64,000 nt of DNA. It comes from Neoechinorhynchus agilis. Its lineage: Eukaryota; Animalia; Acanthocephala. The translations under genes were made by a program, and so were the position numbers. A model generated the notes under the pieces. That model had not been told where the DNA came from. It did no database searches and worked only from the letters and a program-made list of their open reading frames with translations. How positions within the stretch are numbered: position 1 is the stretch's first letter; each line of letters starts with the position of its first letter. The stretch covers positions 14,238,784 through 14,302,783 of the forward strand of contig CM121341.1 in assembly GCA_051530055.1 (NCBI GenBank). The letters are read 5' to 3'. Below are positions 1 through 10,976 of this stretch, in pieces.

Positions 1-794
1 TAATCGACCGTGCAGGTGGGGCGTATCGTCTTTAGAATGACTGCGGGTAAGAAGGCTTTCTACATTTGAGTGACCACCATTCATATGTTTAGTTTGGTCC
101 CGTGAGAGTTGTAACATGCGGTTGTGCTCACTTTTCGATTTTCCAAACAAACGTTGCTCTTCTTTCACCGCTTGTTGAAATATCTTGGAATCGTGAGATG
201 AAGATTGACTAAAAGGATTCGCGCGGTCGTATCTTGTGTGGTCAATCGAATGCTGACGATCATATCTACTTGGACCATAGTGCCCCGGTAGCTCCTCCCT
301 CGAATAACCGGACATTTGAAACTTGTTTTGCTTATCCTTATGCGGATTTATTTGTCGTAAATAATCCATAGCTATTCGGCTTTTTTCTTCACTTCTACGA
401 TCATAATGTGAAGTAGGTTCACCTTGTCTTAAAATCCCAGGTCGACCAAATGAATGAAGTCTATCTTGGCCATCGTTGCTTAAATTAACTCTATTGATAA
501 TTAAAAATTCGATTTATAATGATTTCTTAAGCTTACTCCTTAGGTTCATTTCTTGACAAAAAATTTCGCTCTTTCGGTTGCGCGAACGTTCGAGGTCTAT
601 ATTTATCAGATAATTTAATTTCTAGCACTTTACCATATCTCAAACGTTTCGTTTGTGAACCTATAGCGTCGATAAGTTGATTCCTTATAGAAAGTAACAC
701 AATAAAACTTACCTCCATCATTTTGTTCAAACCTCGGAGGATTATGACATGAGGAAACTATCAATATTAGGGCAAGTATCGCAAGGTTAAGCAT
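1..794 (-). CDS. Secreted protein of unknown function, multi-exon, 3' end outside the window
   Basis: Starts MLNLAILALILIVSSC (signal peptide). Joining GT-AG introns (gtaagt..ctatag, gtaaag..atatag, gtaagc..atagag, gtgaac..gaatag) gives one frame that stays open for about 370 nt to position 1. Confidence 0.6.
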
Positions 795-1563
795 TTCTGG
801 GGTGTTTGTCTGAGCAATCAAAATTTTAAAGTTGTTACTGTTCCTAACCTTCTATATATTAAGGGCGACAGATTGATTTGACGTAAAAGTGTAGTAGGAG
901 GCAAAAGATTGAAACTTCAAGAAGGAACTATGAGGAGTGCCACGAGTAATGGTTTTAGTGATTTACGATTTTATTACCACAGGCGACACTTAAGTCTTTA
1001 TGCTTTAAACCTCTCGTGTCGATTTCAGAATATCAAGATCAATTCAAATATAAGCTAAATGATTGGAAGCTCTGAAATATTTTTTAATAGATACGAGGTA
1101 CAAAATTGATTTTCATACTTATTTCAGGGCTTATTTAACAGTAGAAAAATTGCAACTCCTCGAATTAGTTTGTTACAGTACTTGGTAACCTAAATTCTAT
1201 TACTTTAAACTCTTGGAACATGGTCGAATATTTCTACATACGACAAACAATGCACTGGTAAACAATATAAATAATTTGTTCGAAATTCTTTGCGGAATAC
1301 CAATGCTTCATAATTTCATTAGAACTTATATTTAAATCAACCTGATTAAATGATCACCTTTTTACATGTAGCTTAGATTCGATAACCATTGAAGACTTTG
1401 AATGTTCCAATTAATGTACGTTTATTTTATCTTATATAATATAAACACGTTTTATTAATTAAGAAGAACGATCCATACACTTGCTAGCATCTATCTTTGC
1501 TGAAGGTGTCTGGATGTCGGATGTTGAGGCAGGGAGGTCTGGATGTCAGATGTTGAGGCAGGA

Positions 1564-1826
1564 CCGCGGATTATTTTCCTCTGGCATACAGCTCGCCTAC
1601 CTGGGCAGGAAAGCTATTGAATTACTTAAACTCTTAACCATACGGTTATGAGTTTTATGCATCCTTCCGGATCTTCAAATACGTCCCGAGGAGACGGGAC
1701 TCATCATCTGAAGATACGGAAGGATGTACAAAACTCATAACCTTATGGTTTATGGTCTAAGCGATTCAATCACGTTTCTTACCCAGATCGGTGGGTTGTG
1801 TGCTCCAGAAAAATTATTAGCCGTGG
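1564..1826. mobile_element. Foldback/MITE-like hairpin with ~120-bp imperfect arms
   Basis: Left arm ...aaccatacggttatgagttttatgcatccttccggatcttca is the imperfect reverse complement of the right arm tgaagatacggaaggatgtacaaaactcataaccttatggtt...; short spacer. A ~30-bp tandem duplication lies just upstream (~1508-1563). Confidence 0.8.
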
Positions 1827-2196
1827 AAGGGATGCTTACTTCACCACTTCAGATCTAGTCGATTAGATTTATTTACAACCTTGATAACGGCACAAGATTG
1901 TGCTGAAATATTGGAATCAATAAATTCTTTTAACTTTTAAGCCAGGTACAAGCATGAACAAGTCAATCTTCAAGCGCAGGTAAAAAGCAAAACGGGAAAA
2001 ATTTATCCACTGTCAGAAGTGTTAATTAATTTTCGAACCTCGTCTAGTTAATTATCATTGCGTTTTTAATAATCTAAATAGCACTTCTAATCATATACCC
2101 CTCATATATCGACATATTTACTCTCAGTTCGAATGGCTGGATCACCGTAGCTCATCTGTCTTAGTTGCATAAAACAAAACAACGTTATTTAAACTG

Positions 2197-2957
2197 TCAT
2201 TTAATCAATTTGCGTTCATCAACTACGCTTAAACTCTGATAGGTGTTTTCGTTAGGTGCGTGAGCTGTCACAATATCAATTCCATTAACGCCATACTCCA
2301 CATGAATACCATCGAATCCGAGATCATCTAAGAGTTTGAGATATTCATAGACATCAACATAAGGAAAAACCGAATATAGACTTTTAATGTTATTCGAAAT
2401 ATTCATTCCAGCCACCCACCTTCCAGACGGTTTAAGTACCCTTCGAAGCTCCTTCATTGCACTTCTCGAATCGTTGCACCAAAACGGGTAATACATTGGA
2501 TGTATGATCATATCAATCCAATGGTCAGGTAGACATATTGGACCAATTAATTGATCAAGAATCACGAGCCTTCCTTCTGATAATCTCGCTATTTTCCTTT
2601 CTGCGCGATTCATTCTACATGAAACCCGATCCATTGTGAAAACGACGCCGGTGTCTTTTCTTTGAAGTAATTTTTTTAAGCCATCTCCATTTCCGATCCC
2701 AATGAAAAATATTTTTGAATTCGGCGCAATTGAGATAGCAGCGATTAAGCTTAGCTCATAGGGCGAGATGAATTTTTGTATTAATTTCTAAATATAGAAA
2801 TTAGTAATATATCGACAGGTGTACTTACCCTAGCGACGTAGTCCGATATCTTTCCGGATGGTTCGTAGAAGCTTTCTTTTATAAAACGTCCGATCCGGGG
2901 AACTTGAAACAAGCAAACAATGGGACTTAAACGGACGTTTAAAACAAACCACGGCAT
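2197..2957 (-). CDS. Class I SAM-dependent methyltransferase (type 11-like), 2 exons
   Basis: 41-nt GT-AG intron (gtaagtac...tatttag) joins YVAR|KLIQ. Motif I-like IFFIGIGNGDG, post-I TMD, and YPFWCND..AMKELRRVLKPSGR typical of Methyltransf_11 proteins. Confidence 0.75.
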
Positions 2958-3224
2958 CAAGTCCAAAGGTTTCAATTTTACACTTAAAATTTGAATACAT
3001 TTAAATCTCCTGACAAAATGCTAATGTAGGAAGCTTTTAGATTGCGAAATACTATATGTTTATCTGTGTTCGGAAAACGTTCTCCGTGCTAACTTTATCT
3101 TCAAAATTAAATATGATTTTTAGTGAGCGACAAACTTGTTTACTGGAAAATAAATGCCCCGGGACCACAATCCAGCAGTGGGAATCCTTGCGAAGATAAA
3201 GCGAGCGATATTAACTTTCTATAT

Positions 3225-3620
3225 TGGTAGAATATGCGGTTCTTCACTCCCTCCCCTCGACGCCCACCTCCACTCCATTTTCTCCAAAAGCGCCCTCCGT
3301 CTTCTTCAATCCCCTCCACAATTTTCTTCCCTCATCTCTAAATACTCTTCCCTCGTAAACACCAACCCTTTTCACCCCCCCCTCGCCCGTACCACCCTCT
3401 ACGAAAAATCTTTCCTTAATAACCGGAGGACAAGGAAAGACTCCCAATCGGTCATCTCCTGTACAAAGCCTCCGATCCCACATCAACACCCCTTCAAAAA
3501 ACAGTCCCACCTCCCTTGCCTTCAACATTCGTCATTCATACACCGTTTAGCAAAGATAGATGCTGACAAGTGCGTGGATCTTGAATTTTTTACATAAATA
3601 AAACGTGTTTATATATAATA
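3225..3620 (+). mobile_element. 3' fragment of a CR1/L2-like LINE
   Basis: Nearly identical to 58340-58530 (tctttccttaataaccggag.acaaggaaagactcccaatcggtcatctcctgtacaaagcc); degenerate RT C-terminal peptide HLLYKASDP... Confidence 0.6.
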
Positions 3621-4159
3621 AAGTGCCTACTTTCTAATATTTAACATGCTTTTCAGGGGTTCATCTTTAAACCTTTTAACAATTTATCCATACTTTAAAG
3701 CAAATCTGAAATAGACGTGGTAAACGACAGATATCCGATCGTTGCATGGACTTAAAATCTTTGATGAAATCATAAGCTTTTAAAGACGTGAACATAATAC
3801 GGAATTAGCTGAACGAAATTTCTAACAACATTAAGCGATCATTTCAAGAAGACTCCTCAGACGAAAGAACCAAGTAAAAAATGCGGAGGATATCTAAAAC
3901 TGTTGCTGATGTTAATGAAGATTCTAAGCTTCTTTGATTGGCTTTGTGTGATCATTAATCGTACCAAGTGAGTCTCAGGATGAGTAGTGCAACTGAAAGC
4001 GCTTTGTTCCACTCTCGGAGGTAGAAACTTCAATAAATTTTAACTTTAGACATCTTACAATATTGCACCGTCACTATTTAAATACTAGTCTTTGTCACAT
4101 AAGAATTTGCTGTTTTCTGGCGTAAACTTGCAAACAACCTTGATAAAGGCACAAGATTG

Positions 4160-5722
4160 TGCCCAAATATAGGATGTACAACAGGGAGATCCACTCGGCC
4201 CCATAGGCTTCTCCGTCGCAGTAAATGATCTTGCCCATTCAATGGTTTCTTCTTTCAACGCTTGGTACTTGGACGATGCCACACTCGGTGGCGATACATG
4301 TGTTGTTTTGAGCAACCTTCAAAGGATCGTGAATGAAGCGGACCGCTTGGGAATAGAAATAAATCCCCAAAAATGCGAACTTCTCGTCCTGAACGCAACT
4401 GAAAACCAGTGCTCTCAAATCTCTAGCGATTTTGAATCAGTTGCTCCTGGTCTACGTTTGATCACGCTTGACCAGCTCACACTCCTCGGGAGCTGCGTTC
4501 TTGCTGAGAATTTTGCGAAGGACCTGCGCGCACAAATCCCGAAAATGGAGTTGCTCTACGGCCGAACTTCTGAGCTTTCGGCACATAAGGTCTCTTCTTG
4601 ATCAAGAATTGCCTCTATATGCCGAAATTGCTTCATAAGCTAAGAGCAGCTCCATGTTTCGGAGAAGACAAATTGTTAGGAGAGCTCGACGGGGTAATTC
4701 GTAAGCAGCTGGAACATATATTGAATGTCAAATTTTCTGACACAGGTTGGCGACAGGCTACTTCTGCCACGGCTTATGGTGGTTTGGGAGTTCACACCAC
4801 TTCAGACGTCGCTTTACCTGCCTTCCTCTCCTCTTGCCGGGCAAGTAAAGTCTATGTCGATGCCATTTTAGGCACATCAGTGAAGGATTTGATCTTTGCC
4901 ACGGGATTATCTCAATGGCATCAATTGACAGGCATCAACCAGCTCCCCGCAAATGAATGCAAACAGTCGTCTTGGGACATTCCTCTTGTTCAGAAGATTC
5001 ACAACTCTTTCAAAGATCTTCTGGATGAGGTGTCTCAGGTCCGGCTGGTAGCCTGTTCCACGAAGGAGTCGGGAGCGTGGCTGAATCCTCTCCCTGTAGG
5101 GAAACTTGGAAATCGCCTTGCTGAATCAGTCGTCAGGATCGCAGTATCCTTGAGATTAGGTCTACCGATTTGCATCCCGCATCGCAGCCGCTGCGGCACT
5201 ATAGTGGACGCTTCGGGGAGACACGGTCTCATATGCAAGAAGTCAGCGGGACGATTTCCAAGGCATGCTGAAATCAATGCCATTCTGAGTAGGACTCTAA
5301 AAACGCTTTCCCTTCCAAACATTCTAGAACCCACTAATCTTTGTAGATTAGATGGAAGACGCCCTGATGGCGTGACCGTATTTCTTTGGCGGGAGAGAAA
5401 ATATTTGTTGTGGGATGCAACGTGTGTGGACACGTTGGCAAACTCCAACATCAGCAACTCGAAAAAAGGTCCAGGAGGAGCGACGACGGCTGCAGAGGAT
5501 CGGAAATGCTCAAAATACAGGGAGCTAACAAGAAATTACCATTTTGTCCCCTTCGGTGTGGAAACGTATGGGGCCTTGGGAGGGTCGGCACTAGCCCTCT
5601 TGAAGGACTTGGGGAAACGAATTTACGCAGCGACTGGAGAGCCAAGATCGACGTCGTTCATGGCGCTGCAGCGGGGCAATGCAGCTAGCATTTTGGCCAG
5701 CGCCGATGAATGGGAGCGTTGA
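4160..5722 (+). mobile_element. 5'-truncated CRE-type non-LTR retrotransposon (RT + zinc knuckle + restriction-like endonuclease), frameshifted
   Basis: WYLDDATLGG RT motif, RCGTIVDASGRHGLIC knuckle, RPDG..WDATCVD..RKCSKY..FVPFGVETYG endonuclease, terminal LQRGNAASI. Confidence 0.9.
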
Positions 5723-5879
5723 TGAAACTATAGATTATGTATGTTTGCTTAAAAAAAACTCTTTCAAAGTTTAAAAAAAAATTCTACAGCAGAAAATATT
5801 TTTTTGAAGACGAATACTATTTTTTTAATCATAACATAATGAAGTACAAAACGTGCAATCACCACCGTCCGCAAAATTG

Positions 5880-5950
5880 GAGCTTCTCTCCTTCCTCGGC
5901 TATCGCTATCACGCTAGCAGCGTTGCCTCGTTGTACTGCAAGCGAGATAT
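5880..5950 (-). mobile_element. Extreme 3' fragment of another CRE-type element, tail-to-tail with the previous one
   Basis: Minus strand encodes ISLAVQRGNAASVIA, the conserved C-terminal motif of this family. Confidence 0.7.
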
Positions 5951-5979
5951 TTTGTCTTTGTTACGTAAGAAATTAGACT

Positions 5980-7640
5980 TATGAACATTTGGGTCCTCAT
6001 AAACACGTGGTTCTTGGTTTTTGAGTAGGTTACGGGTTCGGTCGGATGGGATTATCCGTTCGGGTGGGGATTGGTGCTTATTGTTTGCAGGAGAGTTTGT
6101 GAGGTTGGTCTTTCCTCAGGTTCATTTAGGATGATGGTATTCGAGAAGATTCTGAATTATGGAAAAATGAGGGGAGGTTGATGGACGATGAAATGAATTG
6201 TTATTACAAGTGTTGTGCTCATGTGAGAAGGGGCGATATGTGGTGAAAATTGTGTTGGTGGGGTTGAGATGCGTTTCGTTTGTTTTATGAAAATAGTATC
6301 AAGGCATTCGGTGAGAGGGGAAAGTCAGTTATGCAAATTTTAGATGCTCTTTTGTGAAGAATTTAAAGACGACGGATTTGAGATTTCGATAGATAGCAAA
6401 AGACGCGATAATCGTAGGTGAGGGAGGGTAAAATAAAGCAGAAGTAAAATTCGTAGAGATCATGTGAGGGGATTCCTAAATGACGGAGGCGTTTGAGGAG
6501 ATAAATTTTAAAGGTGTTGAGCTTGAGGGAGAGAGTGATGCGCGAATCTCATTTCAGGTTTGATTGAAATTGGAGACCTAGAATTCGTAGGGAGGCTACT
6601 CGTAGGATGTCATTTAGAAGCTCGAGGAGGATGTTTTTGGTTTGCGGGAGAATGAGGGGATCATTTCAAAGCATTTAGAGAAATTCAGGTGGAGTTTATG
6701 ATTGGTGCAGAAATCTTTTATGTGTGTGATTCTGTTGGAGGTTAAGATGAAGGGAGGTGGGCGGTGATTGGATGATGAGAATGAGATCTTCTGCGTATAA
6801 GAAACGTTTTGAGTGAGAGGAGAGGCTTGAGGTTGTTTAGGAAAATATTAAAGAGAAGTCGTGACAGCACAGCACCTTGAGGTACGGTTTTTGTGAACGG
6901 CAGTGAATGTATTGTTTGCGATTGCGAAGATAAGATTCAAACAGCGGATCTGAAACAAGTTGAGACAAAATCTTAGCAGGCCCGCAGAAATAGTGAGGAT
7001 GTCCTTTTTTTTTAACAAGGATAACTTTGGCAGTTTTCAGGCATTAGGTGTAGATGTCATATAAAATGCTGAGGTTTATTATGTGGGTAAGAGGGTTGAT
7101 GAGTTCGGGGATGATGTAGCGAAGAGCCCAGTTTGGGATTTTGGATTGAGAGGACGAATTTCAAGGTAATTTCTTGAGATGCTGTAGTACTTCGTATGAC
7201 GAAACTAAGGGGAGTATCGGCGTGGAAGATTGTGTGGTATCTGATTTGGAACAGTGATTGTAAATTGAGTCAGGGCAGAAACAATTTAATAAAATTGTAG
7301 ATGTTATGGCCCCGTTTTTCAAAGACTGGTAAGCGAGGTGATTTTTGACGCTGAGGTGGGGTGGAGGGAGTAATAAGGGCAGAAGAGTGGTCAGAGCTCC
7401 CGCGGGGAGGTAGTTTATGGGCGGATGAGTAAATGTTGATATTTGTGAACACTTTGTCGAGCTGAGCGTCAAGACGAGTTGGAAAGTCTAGTTGACTCAG
7501 CTCGGAAAAGGGTGAAAGAGGAAACAGTTTATTGAAGTCCCCTGCAATTAAGAAATGGTGTGATTTTGTGAAGTTTATAAGCTCCATCATGAAATCATGG
7601 AAGGAAGAGTACCCGAGAGGGGTGCTTGAATTGCTGCTAA
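5980..7640 (-). mobile_element. Degenerate CR1/L2-like LINE (APE + RT)
   Basis: APE C-terminus IAGDFN..FPTRLDAQLDKVFTN..PPRGSSDH (7270-7590); RT VPQGAVLSRLLFNIFLN..FLYAEDL near 6770-6900; strong C/T strand skew. A ~35-bp piece recurs at ~27205-27240. Confidence 0.8.
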
Positions 7641-8290
7641 GGGGGGTATGTCGCTACATTCTTTAAGTAGTTATAATACTCAGGATTTAAATTTATTAAT
7701 TTACTATCGATATTTCACATCGCTTAATTCCAACATATTCAAAGTTTATCGTCTAAAACACAAACATTGTAGGGTTCTACTGTATCTAATTATTGATTAT
7801 TCGCGGCGGTACAGTATTATGTCGTTTTTCCGAATTAATTCGGGCCGGGCATAACCGAAAACCCGTTATGATGTGTTATTAATATTGTTTCTATAAGGTT
7901 TTTTCTAGTCGAGAAATCGTAGCACTTTTTTTATCTAAAGTGTTAAATCGAGGATCGAAGCTTTTTCTTAATTTTATACGTAGCCTTAACCTCGGTACAC
8001 GATCCCTTCTGACTTCGCTTTCCCCAAACATTGATGATATGTTTTTGTTGGAGACATAGTGATCACAATCCTGGATAGAAATTATTTTAATGACATATCA
8101 CGAGAAGGAACATACCGAAGGATTTTCTCCCGATGATATGCTTTTATATTTACAACGCGATCCCTTCGATCGTTAGGTAAGTAATTCACTTAGCTGATTG
8201 TTACCGTGGCAAACCGACTGTCGTTATGCAAAATAGAGGGCGAAGTATTTGTACGCAGTTCAGAAAGCAGCTACGTACACTTTGTTGGAG

Positions 8291-9011
8291 ATGAGTCAAA
8301 GGATTTTTCTTATATTACTTCTTGCTACAATCTTACTTAAAGAATGCGTCCCGAGTGTTACTGAAAAGGTAATCCGATCCCAAAGGGTCTAATCACTGCG
8401 CGTAGTACTGACTTCGTTCAATAGAGATTATATTTTATCTTTTAAATAGATGTACCTACTTGTTTTCCACTTCGAGAATAAGATTTCGCTACGATTTATC
8501 TACAATATTGCGCTAAACGAAGAAATTCGTATTTGTTATGAGCACGGATGTACGATTCCGAGATTTCTACATAATTATCTAGATGACCGTATCACAAGAC
8601 GATCACGAAGCTCTTAATCGGAAATTGAGTGAAATTGTCAGCGATTCCAGCAAGGACATCAACAATGAAGCAAAGGGTCTATGGGAACATTACAAAAAAG
8701 TCTTCGGTCAGTATTTCTGGAAAACACAACGGATTCTACATATTTATCCTTGTAGGAAAGTTGGAGTACTCTGCAAAAGAAGAAGCGGAGCGATTTAGTC
8801 TATTTACAAAGAAACTTCTGGGTATTGTTGATGAGCATCAGAAAAAACATAATTTGAAAGAGGGTGTAGTTAAAACCCTCGGTCTTGATAAAATGGCTGA
8901 TTGGGTAAGCACTGCATTTCCTAGGAATTTATAATGTTAATTTTTTCCAACTAGACCGAAGACGAGATAAAGAAGTTCAAGGAGTCACTTTCTGAAAAGA
9001 AAAGCCACTAA
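8291..9011 (+). CDS. Secreted stand-alone I29 (cathepsin propeptide-like) inhibitor protein, 4 exons
   Basis: Signal peptide MSQRIFLILLLATILL. GT-AG introns 8369-8582, 8707-8755, 8905-8954. Spliced product LWEHYKKVFGKLEYSAKEEAERFSLFTKKL..TLGLDKMADWTEDEIKKF matches the I29 ERFNIN/GNFD pattern and stops with no protease domain. Confidence 0.8.
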
Positions 9012-9699
9012 ACCCAAATAATGAAGTAGTTTCGAGTTATTTAGAATTAAATACAGACTTATCTTTTGTGGGTTGGGCACTTGGCGCAAGTAATCGACGG
9101 GGTGCTAAAACCTAACGATATATCGCTTTAACGAAACATCCGGATTAAATGTACCAATAGACTGAGCATTTAACATACACGAACTGAACCGTCCCTTCCT
9201 ATGGACGAAGTTTAAAAGCAAAAAAATAGTTTTAGCAGTGCACCGAAAATGTTGTCTTAATTAGTTTTCAAAGAAAATATTTACTTGTAAAGATATTGTC
9301 TATAGTTTGTTTTGATGATGGTGGGATGCACAAAAGTAATTCAATTATACTAAACATTTCGTCCTATTAGGGTCTTAATTGATTTTATGCGCTCCCGAGA
9401 ACCATATCTGTGGGGCTATGTGCAAACGAAAATCATCAGCCGCTGGAAAGGCTCCACTTAAGCACAGGATAATAGTAACCGGCTAGCTAAACTTAAAGAT
9501 AAAAAATTGAATTCCTTTTATTCATCTCGCCCTCATAAAAACAAAATATTTACTGCAGCTTTTGTTACTTTTCAAGAACCATCGAAAAAAGTAAATATTT
9601 TTTGTGTCGATATATTCACTAAAATTTGTTATTTCGGTATTCTGCCAGTCGATGTTTGGGCCGTGTGGTGTGTGCGTTCATAATGCGCACTGTATGTCA

Positions 9700-9930
9700 A
9701 GGGTTCAACACAACCGGTTTCTGGGTTCCACTAGGGTGCGAGGCTGCTGGAAGAGGCTGGGTCAGGTTTTGAGATCGCCCATAGGCCCCAAATTGGGTTG
9801 GCCCTGTCCCTTCGAGTGCGGCTGAGCGCCTCAGATGTGTGTAAGCTAGCCGAATGGCTCCCAATGGAATGGAAAAAAGATGACGTCGTAAGACTCGAAA
9901 ACTGTGAGGCTATGAGATAAATAAATAAGT
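9700..9930 (+). mobile_element. Possible 3' remnant of an RTE-like LINE
   Basis: Degenerate peptides WKRLGQVLR and KLAEWLPMEWKK resemble RTE ORF ends; followed by a (taaa)n tail. Weak. Confidence 0.3.
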
Positions 9931-10976
9931 CGATTTTTTGTTTGCACTTGAAATGTCGAATAAAACGCATGAGTCGGGTGAGGTTCGAATAAAACGTATC
10001 ATATCTGGAGAAGGCGAAAACAAAAAATTTAAGTATTTCTTGGGTTTATTCTCCCTTCAGAGCCCGCGAAAGGTTTTAGGATTTTTTATCGGTTCATAAC
10101 AGTTTTATTTTTGTCACCTCGAGCGTTTAGCAATATTTAGCGAAAATTTCCGTGTATAATATTGGCGTTCCAATTCGTTTATTTTGGTGAAAACATCGCA
10201 TTTTAGGAATGTTGTGTGCGTAGATTAATGGGAATCAAAAGCGCAATCAGAAGAAATGCTACGATTTTCGCTCTGGTTGCGTCCGGTAAATGATACAACC
10301 ACCACATTGCTGTTTTAGATTCCATTGTGATTTGTTCATTGTCCAGAATGCAGAATCCAGTAGGAGCTTTTGAAAGAAAAATGAGGAAGAGCAAAGAAGA
10401 TATTAGGCCAACAGTAAAACCACAAATTTTGTACATATTTTCTCTCGATTTGGAATCCTTATGCAGCCAACCTCTAAAACCGAGTGAGAATGAGGGATTT
10501 CAAAAGTTGACAAAGATTATTTTAGTTCTTGGCATAATAAATTTGCTAAAATATGAGAAAGTAATGTCTACTACCACGCGGTTAAGACAATGTTATCTCG
10601 CGAGCCTCGCGGAATTCCTAATTTTTACACATAATAATGCTGACAATTTTTAAGGCTTAAAAAATAGGTTGAGGATTAACGACCTGCTGTTTAATAGCAT
10701 CCGTTTATTATGGCTTCAAATTTGGAATGCGGTTTGCATTTCCTTGTTCGCTTCTGCGATTCACAAGATGGTTACGCTTCAGCAGCATCCATTTGATGAT
10801 TCCGACAGTGCCACCCGAACCGGCCGTTTAGTTTATTTGATAGTTGGAATTTGTATCTATGGGAAATGCCTTTCGAAGTCGCCCCATATCTCACACCATA
10901 TTTACCTTCCTTTCGCTTTCTCGGGGAAATATCGTCTTTTATTGTTCGTCAGTACCCGCGTCCACAATCCCGAATA

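Noticed and set aside
10203-10976. Hydrophobic ORFs on both strands upstream of Notch-like
   Set aside because: Could be exons of a small membrane protein, but I could not build a consistent spliced model.
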